Of a stretch of 64,000 nucleotides of DNA, positions 49,151-57,996 are shown piece after piece. Below the pieces are notes generated by a model. That model saw only the letters and a list, made by a program, of their open reading frames with translations, ran no database searches and was not told the origin of the DNA. A program made the translations under genes and the position numbers. The stretch's first letter is position 1, and each line of letters starts with the position of its first letter. Source of the stretch: a virus; IMG/VR virus record IMGVR_UViG_3300035698_018616, one strand, 5' to 3'.

Positions 49151-49191
49151 TATTTATACTTTATGGTAACATTTTTCCAGAAAATTGTAAA
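49151..49191 (-). promoter_or_regulatory. Tandem sigma70 (TTTACA-17-TACCAT, extended -10) and late (TATAAATA) promoters of the tRNA operon leader
   Basis: Consensus matches at 49191..49163 and 49158..49151. Confidence 0.8.
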
Positions 49192-50389
49192 CTATTTATC
49201 CTTTTCTTTACAAAATTCTCTCAATTCTTCCCATAACTCCTTGATATCTTTGGGTTTAAAGCTTAGATCACCTTTCAAATCCCTCATTATGAAGAACCTT
49301 TCCATTTCAGGCATCAGCTCCCAATTCCTTTTAGCCCAGTCAACAAATTCTATTACTGGAAAGGTATCATGGGACTTGAAACAGTACTTAAACGACTGAT
49401 ATATCATCCAATCAGGCATTTCCAATTTCTTTTTCCTATCTTTATAAGCATACATCATTGTTAATCCTCCTATTGTTCTTCAGTAGGAAAATAATACACA
49501 CCTTCGGTTAGTTCAGCATGGCTACCATTAGCTATAACAGTAACATAAGGGTGATAATTATCATTCAACCATTTAATTAGTGGTCGAGTGATCTTTTCAA
49601 ATTCTTCTTTTTGCGTTTCAGTAATTGTTATATTTTTACCCATTACCATTCATCTCCATTTGCAGTTATATCTTCATCTACCATATCTTCTTCCACATTA
49701 TTCATCTTATCAAACACCTTTTCCAATTTCCATAAAGCTTCCCTTGACATCCAACCTCCAGGAGCCAGCTTATTGAACACTTTCTTCAAAAACCCTAAAG
49801 TTACAGGGGACAACGTTTCATTCTTTCCTTTTATTCTCTTATCAAGGTTATTGAATTTCATATCAGTTGCAAAGGTTATTACTTCGGAGGTGTCAATGTA
49901 TCTCCTAACTTTTGCTCTCTTACCACTTACACAGATGCTTGATATGCTCTTACCACTAAAGGTCATGCTATGGAAGCCCTTATCCTTATCTTCCAAAATA
50001 GTAGTAAATATCAGCTTGTTACCATCATCAAACTCTATGTAAGGAACATTCTTAGGTGACGAGTATTTTAATCGCATTCACTACATCTCCTCTACAGGCG
50101 CAAAACCCTCTAAATATAAACCCATATCATCATAAGCCCAATGGATTTCTTTATTTATAAAACCAGCTTGTTTTTTGACTGTATGACCATCACCTATAGA
50201 ATCACCGAAGCAACGATCCAATGCTCTTACAGTAGGTCCATTATCACAAGGAACGCTGTCGGTCTCTCCTGTCTTACTATCCTCTATAATAAGGGTACCC
50301 ATACCAGAATTCCAACTACCCTTAAATGCTTTTATAATGCCTCTTTTGACTGTCATGTTGTATTTCCTTTCGATTGTACCCCTACACAC
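49192..50389 (-). other. Hypothetical ORFs (49192-49458, 49643-50077, 50081-50389)
   Basis: Co-oriented ORFs with RBSs. Confidence 0.55.
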
Positions 50390-50408
50390 ATAGAGATATA
50401 ATCATTTT

Positions 50409-51227
50409 TTACTCACCATTCACGACTAATGCTCTTTCATCATACCCATAAAGGTCACCAGCCATGCGATTTATTGTATTGAACCTACTAGAGAACACAT
50501 TAGAACCGTTGCGTGCTTTGGTTTCATGTGTAGCCAAAAATGTGAGCACGTTATATGCACCATATTTGTCCTCATTCAACTTCTGGCTGTTCATAGTAGG
50601 CTCATAGGCATCCTTAACAGCCTCACCCACTTTCTTACCAAGGTATTCTCTTCCATCAACAAAGGCATCAAAGTCAGCCTGGTTGAATCCAATCTCTGCC
50701 CAGCCAGACCAGGTCAGTACATTCTCCTGGAAAGCATCCAATTTGGAATCCACTGACAATCTTAACCTTTCGGGGTTGTCAACATAATGAGCATAGGATT
50801 CACGAAAGAAGGACTTACGACCCAACACCTGACCATTCTCACAAATGCTACGATATCCCATCAGTTCATATCCAAATGCAGTACGAGCATCATAACCGTT
50901 GAAAATCTCTAATAGCAACCCAACACTATCATCTGGAAGAACCTCAAAATTGAAGCTATCCTCTCCGAATATAATTCTCCTACGCCATCTTCGAGTTGTT
51001 GCATCTAAATGGTCATGAACCTCTTTCACCTCAAGTCCATCAAGGGCTTCATCAAACAGGGAATTGATATTACTGTTAGGAAGCAACTCATAATTCTCTG
51101 AAACCAGTCCTAAGATATCATCGGTTTCATCATTGATAAGTGCTACCTTGGGTATACTCAGTCCACTTTCGGTCTTGATAGTCTCTTTACGGACACTAAA
51201 AAACGGATTTCTTTCCTCTTTATACAT
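50409..51227 (-). CDS. DUF932/DUF945-family protein
   Basis: LGLVSENYELLPN, IFNGYDARTAF..ELMGYRSICENG, YGAYNVLT..ATH. Confidence 0.75.
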   Translation of the reverse strand: MYKEERNPFFSVRKETIKTESGLSIPKVALINDETDDILGLVSENYELLPNSNINSLFDEALDGLEVKEVHDHLDATTRRWRRRIIFGEDSFNFEVLPDDSVGLLLEIFNGYDARTAFGYELMGYRSICENGQVLGRKSFFRESYAHYVDNPERLRLSVDSKLDAFQENVLTWSGWAEIGFNQADFDAFVDGREYLGKKVGEAVKDAYEPTMNSQKLNEDKYGAYNVLTFLATHETKARNGSNVFSSRFNTINRMAGDLYGYDERALVVNGE

Positions 51228-51690
51228 ATTTTCTTCCCCCTATTTCTATCATATCATCTGGACCTATATCCAAAGGAAAATCCCCTTGTATTTGACCACA
51301 ATCTATACAATAGGAGAATTCCACATAATCATCACCACCTATACCAAGGAAATCAGGCACATATCCGTCATATTCTATACCGAGATAGTCTAAATTAAAA
51401 CAATCAGAGCATTTTGAGGATATGTCAATTACCCTTTCCTTACCACACCTTTGACAGGCCATTATTCCTCTACCTCCACCACCTGTTTACGATGCTTGTA
51501 AGCCAAACCTTTACCCATACGAAACTTAGAAGCCTGACGGGTTGTGGGTTCTACCTCTGCCATACCACAAGCCTTATTGAAAAAGCTATCACCCTTGGCA
51601 AACATCTTGTTAGTAACCTTCTTGACTGCTTTCTTGACTACTTTCTTTTTAGAACTCATAATTATTTTCTCCTCACTCAAATTTAAACTT

Positions 51691-51719
51691 AGTGTAACAC
51701 AGAATTCTCAGAATGTAAA
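51691..51719 (-). promoter_or_regulatory. Early promoter copy 1 (TTTACA-17-TACACT, TG-extended)
   Basis: aacttagtgtaacac-N-atgtaaac motif, repeated 3 times. Confidence 0.8.
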
Positions 51720-51722
51720 CAA

Positions 51723-52229
51723 TTATCCTCCAGTTTTATCCCAATCATTTCCGAATACTTCAACACCTTCATGTTTCCAAAAGCTAACCATTTTATCTGG
51801 AAAACCCTTTCTACCTTCTTTCTCTCTCCATTCTTCAAGTGCTTTACGATCTTTACTGGATTCACTATCTTCTTCTTCTTTGAGGGGTATCTTATCATCT
51901 ATCTCCTCATAATCATCCTTTACCTCAACACCTTCATCCTCAAGGGCATAGGAAATAAGGAACATCGTACCAAACTTCATCATTTCATCAGTAAAGTATT
52001 CCATATTGCCTAAGAATTCCTCAACCATATCATCCATTTCCTCTTTGGATTTTGGGGAATACGCAATACTCTTAACCATATCGGATAGCATTTTACCTTT
52101 GAACTCATTAAATTCCTTTCTAAGAAAATCATATTCAAAATCCCGAACACCATCAACCTCAAAATTATAGGCTGGTCCAAAACCTGCTACATACTTACCA
52201 TCTTTGTATAAACTCAGTTCATTACTCAT
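51723..52229 (-). CDS. Hypothetical acidic protein
   Basis: 168-aa ORF. Confidence 0.6.
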   Translation of the reverse strand: MSNELSLYKDGKYVAGFGPAYNFEVDGVRDFEYDFLRKEFNEFKGKMLSDMVKSIAYSPKSKEEMDDMVEEFLGNMEYFTDEMMKFGTMFLISYALEDEGVEVKDDYEEIDDKIPLKEEEDSESSKDRKALEEWREKEGRKGFPDKMVSFWKHEGVEVFGNDWDKTGG

Positions 52230-52468
52230 ATTATCTATTACCTCTCTTGGATGCTTTTATAGGGTTGATGAATTTTTTAGCCTTTTCACCGCCCTCAATT
52301 ATCTTATCACTCTTCAATGGACAGGTAAATATACGATGCTTCATAGCGGGTTTTGCGTACGCTATACAGATATCACCATCTACTTTATTACACCCCACAC
52401 AAGCAGGTACTATCAATTCATGTATCATTTTTTTATCTCCTCTCTCTTTCATTCAAAATTCTAAACTT

Positions 52469-52497
52469 AGTGTAACACAAAAATTTGAAGATGTAAA
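52469..52497 (-). promoter_or_regulatory. Early promoter copy 2
   Basis: Same motif as 51691. Confidence 0.8.
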
Positions 52498-52507
52498 CAT
52501 AATTTTG

Positions 52508-52761
52508 TTGTGGTAGTAGTGAATTCCGCCATCCATTACTGAACCAGGATTCGAACCTGGACGATAGGTTTTTTGGGTCATTCCCTATCTCGGTCATTAC
52601 CCCTGCCCGATACAGACGACACATGATGTATTGTAACCGTCCCTTGCGTCTACCAATGACAAGCTCTCTGCTCATACAAGGCTCAAGCATGAGGTTACGA
52701 TCCTTCGTGCTGTCTCGACCTGTCATGTTGCCTTTACTTGCCAATTCCGCCACTACCACAA
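52508..52761 (-). ncRNA. Long tRNA-like ncRNA (family member 2)
   Basis: 5' TTGTGGTAGTGGCGGAATTGG, internal TTGGTAGACGCA, hairpin + GTCCAGG-TTCGAAT-CCTGG, 3' ACTACCACAA terminal pairing. Confidence 0.7.
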
Positions 52762-53179
52762 AATATTATCTTACACAATTTTTGGGAATTTCAGGAAATC
52801 CAAGCTTTGCTCTCTCTTTGGAAGCTCTGAAACCCCCATCATTGAGCTTATCAAGTTTCTTTTTGGGGGAAAGGACATCATACAATGCCTGTCTTTTATC
52901 AGCCTCCATCCGTTTGACTTCTTTGGCTTTATTCATATGGTTTTACCTCCTTTCAATAATTAGTCTCCACAATTTCTGTACCGATGAAATCTGTTACACC
53001 ATAATTACCATCTTTACAAATATGCATATCAAATAACCTAAGAGTAATGCCTGTTGTTGGTATACCTAAAACAATATCAACGGTAGTTGTCATTGCTGAA
53101 TCCTCACCTGAACAAGTACTCCTATCCACCTTACCACACCTACGACACTTATATAAATACTGAGCTTCCTTTTCATTCA

Positions 53180-53902
53180 TTACATTCTCCTTGTATCCAT
53201 TACAGAACCAATCTTTATCATATGCTCTTTACTGTACATCCATTCTTCCACAAAGGCGCATTTAGCAGTAGTCCTAACTAATTTTCTCCACATAAGTCCA
53301 GTTTTATAATTCACCAAAACCTCTAAGTTACTGTTACGATAGTCTTTACTCTTTTGAAGGTTGAGGATACTAAACTTATTATCAGCCCTTGATTGATAAA
53401 AAGCGGATCTCACCTTCTTACTCTCTTTAATTCTGTCCTGAGTGTCTTGGCCTAACTGTAACTCCCCCTGAGAGGCTTTACCCACAACCTTAAAATCGGG
53501 GATGTATCGGTCCTTGTGTTTCCATATCACTTGGGTCCTAAAATCATAGACAGAGTACTCCTTAGCACCCTTAAACCTACCCTTAGTGATGGGACGAATA
53601 TTGATAACTACACCCTTTATGTTATGTCTTTTTCTATTGTGGTTGAAGGTATACTCTATAATAGCACCCACAACGACCTCAAACACTTCCTCACTGAAAC
53701 CAGAAGATCGTTTATTGAAAGCAGTATCATCAAAGGTACCATTCAATTTGAGACCCCATTTACGAGCAAGGTTCAAGAGCATATCACCATTGTTACGATG
53801 CTTGATAGCCTCTTGCATCATCTTGGTGGCATTCACAGACCCACCATTCACATCAGGGTGGACTTGTTTTGCTATATCTTTGAATAATGAGTTACTGGTC
53901 AT
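53180..53902 (-). CDS. Protein with N-terminal J-domain-like (HPD) segment
   Basis: LFKDIAKQVHPDVNGGS..ATKMMQEA. Confidence 0.6.
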   Translation of the reverse strand: MTSNSLFKDIAKQVHPDVNGGSVNATKMMQEAIKHRNNGDMLLNLARKWGLKLNGTFDDTAFNKRSSGFSEEVFEVVVGAIIEYTFNHNRKRHNIKGVVINIRPITKGRFKGAKEYSVYDFRTQVIWKHKDRYIPDFKVVGKASQGELQLGQDTQDRIKESKKVRSAFYQSRADNKFSILNLQKSKDYRNSNLEVLVNYKTGLMWRKLVRTTAKCAFVEEWMYSKEHMIKIGSVMDTRRM

Positions 53903-53919
53903 TTTATTCTCCTTAACTT

Positions 53920-53948
53920 AGTGTAACACAAAAAACAGGGAATGTAAA
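53920..53948 (-). promoter_or_regulatory. Early promoter copy 3
   Basis: Same motif as 51691. Confidence 0.8.
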
Positions 53949-54667
53949 CTCTAAAAATCTACACCCCTACTTCAATACTATACAAATTTTTCTATATCAC
54001 AAACGGTGCAACGCCAGCCTTTTGTAGTTACATTGTGTAATCTCTTTCCCTTGCCATATTTTTTGTCCTGGAAGTCAGATTTACAACGACATTTGCGAAC
54101 AGATGATCCATATTTTGCAGCATTCCTCAAATTTTTCATATCCTTAATCCTCCCTTTTCATCTATGTGTCATGATAACATTTGCAATACTTCTCAAATCT
54201 GAAGCCTTTTCTATGAAATGCTCTTCCACAAAGGTCACAGTTTCTTGTCGATCAACCCTATATTGATTTTCCGCTATCATCCCCTGTATCTCTGCTTTTA
54301 TAGCCTCTATCTCTGAATATTGAGCTAATAACCAAGATTCCATCATCATCCTCCTTTCTTCTGCACGGATAGCACAAATCGTAATAGTCTATCATGCTCA
54401 TCTTTGTAAAATGTGTCTCAGTTCCACACCTTCGGCATGTTGTTGATGTTGCCACTTTATTACCCCCTTTTCAACATCTCCATAATGAAATTTCCCATTT
54501 TTACTTCCGAAACATCTTGATTATAGAACTCTTTTGGGTCACGGTCAACCACTAAATGATACATAACATCTATTGAAGGTGGACCCTGAACTACACCACC
54601 AAACAGCTCTTCCATTACTTCTTTTTCATTCATAGTATCATCCTTTCCTTTATACAATTACATCCTT

Positions 54668-54831
54668 TTAATCGTTCTAAGGGACAAAAAGAATAACAAG
54701 TCACCACTCCTGTCAGGCAAGAATTGTAAGGCTGGTGTGACCTTCACATTCTTTGTACAGGGTCTCGCGGCCCCGTAACTACCACCTACGCACATCGCAT
54801 AGGATTCTTTTTACCCCCTTACAACGATTAA
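54668..54831 (-). ncRNA. Structured RNA A (paralog of B)
   Basis: ~27-bp closing stem TTAATCGTTGTAAGGG../..CCCTTAGAACGATTAA; internal hairpins; CCTGACAGG-AGTGGTGAC. Confidence 0.65.
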
Positions 54832-54833
54832 AA

Positions 54834-54921
54834 ATAGTGGTTCATCTTACACTATAACGGCGTGGACCGTTATACCAGCCCGACATGCAATGCAAGTCTC
54901 CCACCTCAGATGAACCACTAT
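54834..54921 (-). ncRNA. Structured RNA C
   Basis: Perfect 14-bp closing stem ATAGTGGTTCATCT/AGATGAACCACTAT; inner TATAACGG/CCGTTATA. Confidence 0.6.
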
Positions 54922-54927
54922 ATTTCT

Positions 54928-55121
54928 TTAACCTTTACAAGAGACAAAAGGGATGTAAACAGGTCGCCACTCCTATTAGGCTAAGATGTAAGATTGGCGT
55001 TTTTCTTACCTCTTGTGATACGTTTGGTCTTTCAGACTTCCGACCCCCTACCTCTCTTGGAGTAGACTTCCCATCCACCTCTCTGGAAGTAGGACCCCCT
55101 TTTGTCCCTTACAACGATTAA
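54928..55121 (-). ncRNA. Structured RNA B (paralog of A)
   Basis: Closing stem TTGTAAGGGACAAAAGGG/CCCTTTTGTCTCTTGTAA; CCTAC/GTAGG, GGTC..GAAA-GACC; CCTAATAGG-AGTGGCGAC. Confidence 0.65.
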
Positions 55122-55126
55122 AAAGA

Positions 55127-55209
55127 TGTGACCCTGTAAGCTCATTAGACTGACTGCGGTTATCACCCCGGCTGACTGCTAATTATTACTTACAGTTGAT
55201 ATGGTCACA
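55127..55209 (-). ncRNA. Structured RNA D
   Basis: TGTGACC/GGTCACA and CTGTAAG/CTTACAG nested stems. Confidence 0.55.
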
Positions 55210-55217
55210 AATTTTAC

Positions 55218-55397
55218 TTAACCTACAATCTCCCTACGAAGCTTTCCACCAGTCTTGATACGGACCTCACGATTGGTGTCAAGGTTAACTCCCATCCAGC
55301 CACCCCTGGAAACTTTACACAACAGCTTTACACGGGCCAATTTGCCAGAAACTTTCACAATGTAAGTTTTGCCTACAGACACATCTGCTTTTCTCAT
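55218..55397 (-). CDS. Small basic hypothetical protein
   Basis: GGAGA RBS; MRKADVSVGKTYIVKVSGK... Confidence 0.7.
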   Translation of the reverse strand: MRKADVSVGKTYIVKVSGKLARVKLLCKVSRGGWMGVNLDTNREVRIKTGGKLRREIVG

Positions 55398-55924
55398 ATC
55401 ACTTTCTCCTTTTTGTTTAAATTTAAGAGCTGAAACAAACCCTATCATGTAACAGGGCTTATGTCAACCCTCAAAAAATGAGGGTTTTTGAACTTTACTA
55501 AATGGTAATCATCTCAAAATCTTTCACTCTCAAACGGGTGGATTTCTGAACCAAATTTCCAACGAAACGTCTTGCGGATGTTTTACTAATGAACTTACGA
55601 GCGACCCTATCATTTGCCATTAAGACACGACCCTTTTTAGCCACAACACATTTCATTTTCTTCATATCACATTCTCCTTTTTGTTTAAATTATTCTCTCT
55701 CACAAAGACTGAAACCATTGTATCTCATGAACTCTGAACTGTAAATCAAAAATTAATCATCTTCTTCAATAAGCTCAAAACATTCAGGACATACAGTCCA
55801 CCACTTGGTCTCACCTACATAAGGATCACCATTTCGTTCTGTAAATCCTTCCTCTCCAGTCCATCCACAATTTTTACAAATATATAACATAATCCATCTC
55901 TCCTTTTAATTTCAGGTACTTAAA

Positions 55925-56058
55925 GGGGTTGTAAAGCGGAACCGGGTTTGTCTTCCTCTGGTGGCAATATCAACAGTCCATAGTATCGCAGTGATAAAGG
56001 TACTGGTATTGTCAGTTGGCAAAAGAAAATATAAACAGGTATTCTATTTTACAACCCT
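55925..56058. ncRNA. Structured RNA candidate
   Basis: GGGGTTGTAAA/TTTACAACCCT closing stem in non-coding DNA. Confidence 0.4.
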
Positions 56059-56514
56059 TATAACTATCTGAAATCTTTATGTTTTTGGTTGTGCTGACCG
56101 GTCAGACTTGGAAAAGGTTAATGAATTCAGGGTGTTACAATCCTACACTTCACTCAGCGCTAAGTTTTCTCGGATTGACCCACAGGACATCCATGGGTTT
56201 ATATGTAAACAGTTAAAATTGTTATGTTTTAAGTTGCTCTCTCAACAAACTAAATACATTGTATCACACAGATCAAAAACCGTAAACAGATTTAATTCAA
56301 TTTAAAAATCAGTGACTTACCAGACAAAAAACTTCAACATCAACTACGTCAATGGTACCATATATTTGAGGCTATGTAAACAGAAAAAATAATAGCTCTG
56401 GAGACCCTGACTACCACTGCATGGGAGACAGGGATACCCTCTGAGAGCGTGTAGGATTGACGTGGAGGGGTGTTCCAGACATGACTAAGGGGGTAGTATG
56501 GCTTGGGGGTGGCA

Positions 56515-56852
56515 TCCCACCTCGTTGATCTGAGGGCTCAATAATTTCAGGCGCTTACAGTGAATGGGATTCATTGTATACTGTATACTGTATACAGCTG
56601 TCTAAACGCCTGATTCCATTATGAGTCTACGGGTGGTACAGATAGACCTGGAGAGCGTCCAGGATCAAGGTGGATAGACGATCTAGAGTGAGCGTGATGG
56701 ATAGTGTGTCCTGGGACGCCGTCCCACCTCGTTGATCTGAGGGCTCAATGATTTCAAGCGCTTAGGGTGTAGGAAAATCCAACGGTGTATACGGTGTACT
56801 GTATACAGTATACAATCATGTAATTTCAGGCGCTTACAATGAATGTGATTCA
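56515..56852. repeat. Direct repeats of the divergence zone (43-bp x2; 31-bp x2; TGTATAC iterons)
   Basis: 56515-56557 vs 56722-56764 (2 mismatches); 56543-56573 vs 56822-56852; (tgtatac)3 at 56575. Confidence 0.9.
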
Positions 56853-56865
56853 GTCATTTTTTCTC

Positions 56866-56894
56866 TTGACATTGTTGGTGACCTGTGTTATACT
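56866..56894 (+). promoter_or_regulatory. Sigma70 promoter TTGACA-17-TATACT (TG-extended)
   Basis: Consensus match. Confidence 0.85.
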
Positions 56895-57239
56895 AAGAGT
56901 ATCAAATGGTTAAGGATTTTCAAGTGTCTGAAATCATTTGGGAAAAAATTTAATTTACAAGATGTGATGTGTGTGGTACAATGTTTTTAACTCGTTGAGA
57001 GAGTAACTAACAAACATAACCCTTTGAATTTATATGACTTCTGGGTGTTCCAGAAGGGACTGGTGAAAAAGCGAGTGCACCGCTGGAGTAGCTGTCTAAT
57101 CGTCTGAATTTATTAATCTTATCCAAGTCTTTCCGGAAAGCGAAATTAGAAATTGACAAAGGAGGAGATGATATGATATATGTAAGTTTTTGAGTGTAAG
57201 ATGTTTTCAGATCTCGTCTGCCATGTGTAGAAGGAGTTG

Positions 57240-57265
57240 GGCTGATATTAGGTATCAGCCTTTTT
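57240..57265 (+). terminator. Intrinsic terminator
   Basis: GGCTGATA/TATCAGCC + T5. Confidence 0.8.
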
Positions 57266-57270
57266 AAAAA

Positions 57271-57299
57271 TTGACAAAGGAAATTGAATGATGTGAAAT
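57271..57299 (+). promoter_or_regulatory. Promoter (TTGACAAAGG type) for tRNA-His
   Basis: TTGACA-17-TGAAAT; near-identical to the 57485 copy. Confidence 0.7.
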
Positions 57300-57305
57300 G
57301 GTTAT

Positions 57306-57381
57306 GTCACCTGTAGCTTAATGGTTAGAGCCTGCGGCTGTGACCCGCAAGATGAGAGTTCGATCCTCTCTGGGTGACCCA
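57306..57381 (+). tRNA. tRNA-His(GTG), second copy
   Basis: G-1:C73, TGCGG-CTGTGAC-CCGCA, CCA. Confidence 0.88.
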
Positions 57382-57393
57382 AAAAATGAATAT

Positions 57394-57464
57394 AGAGGTG
57401 TAGTGTTAAGTGGCTAACACGCAACACGCTTGAATTGCCGGTTCGAATCCGGTCGTCTCTGCCA
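57394..57464 (+). ncRNA. tRNA-like RNA lacking a proper anticodon arm
   Basis: AGAGGTG/CGTCTCT-GCCA, D arm GTGTT/AACAC, T arm GCCGG-TTCGAAT-CCGGT; only 16 nt between D and T arms. Confidence 0.7.
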
Positions 57465-57484
57465 GTAAATTTAAGAATTAGAAA

Positions 57485-57513
57485 TTGACAAAGGAAATTG
57501 AATGATGTAAGAT
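57485..57513 (+). promoter_or_regulatory. Promoter TTGACA-17-TAAGAT
   Basis: Consensus match. Confidence 0.78.
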
Positions 57514-57526
57514 GTTTTTAAGGTTT

Positions 57527-57690
57527 AACTCTCGGCCATCAATTCCCAAGCAGTCGGTAGGGTCTGTTTCTTGGAGTAAAAGTTGCTCTGGCCGGGTTTT
57601 TGTAGAGAGGTTCGTTTCTTGGTGTACAATAATATCTATCGTTTTCGGTGCGTCCCTAAACGGGTTCCCTTAGTCGCCAAGCTCTCCACA
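57527..57690 (+). ncRNA. Two-domain structured RNA candidate
   Basis: CTCGGCCA/TGGCCGGG and TGTAGAGAG/CTCTCCACA stems directly after a promoter. Confidence 0.5.
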
Positions 57691-57703
57691 CAAAAATTGT
57701 CTC

Positions 57704-57872
57704 TCAATCCTTTATTTGAGGTATGATACTGTAAACTATCACTGTATTATACATCACAGGATGAAAAAACAACACGGAGGTCCTATACTAGTCACGGACT
57801 AACGGGTGAAACCTGGTACTGTCACTGATAAATATGGTCCCTGAGAGTATCATACTTCAAATAAGAGATTGA
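57704..57872 (+). ncRNA. Structured RNA candidate with ~28-bp closing stem
   Basis: TTATTTGAGGTATGATACT/AGTATCATACTTCAAATAA plus extension. Confidence 0.6.
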
Positions 57873-57877
57873 CGAAT

Positions 57878-57987
57878 ACGGCGGCTCTTTAGGAAAGGAG
57901 AATTGTTTATGAAATATTATTGGAAGTGGCCATTACTAATAATAGGAAATATCCATACTGGAGGTTCGAATCCTCCTCCGCTGTCCA
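57878..57987 (+). ncRNA. tRNA-like shell enclosing an RBS and a small ORF (57909..57992)
   Basis: ACGGCGG/CCGCTGT-CCA, T arm GGAGG-TTCGAAT-CCTCC; internal AGGAAAGGAG + ATG. Confidence 0.55.
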
Positions 57988-57996
57988 AATAAGAGA

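Noticed and set aside
52433-52759. ORF-track ORFs over RNA genes (also 35715-36068, 39123-39458, 42777 upstream part, 46603-46800 start, 54885-55121, 58400-58663)
   Set aside because: They overlap tRNA/ncRNA structures, lack an RBS and have atypical composition.
54668-55121. 6S RNA assignment for elements A/B
   Set aside because: Size and closing stem fit, but the interior is multibranched rather than a rod with a central bubble; left unassigned.
2602-55121. Numerous plus-strand ORFs of 60-146 aa within the minus-strand arm
   Set aside because: Antisense shadows of real genes (F/L/I/S-rich, no RBS).
56515-56852. CRISPR array
   Set aside because: Only two copies per repeat with irregular spacing (207 and 279 nt) and overlapping repeat types; no cas genes.
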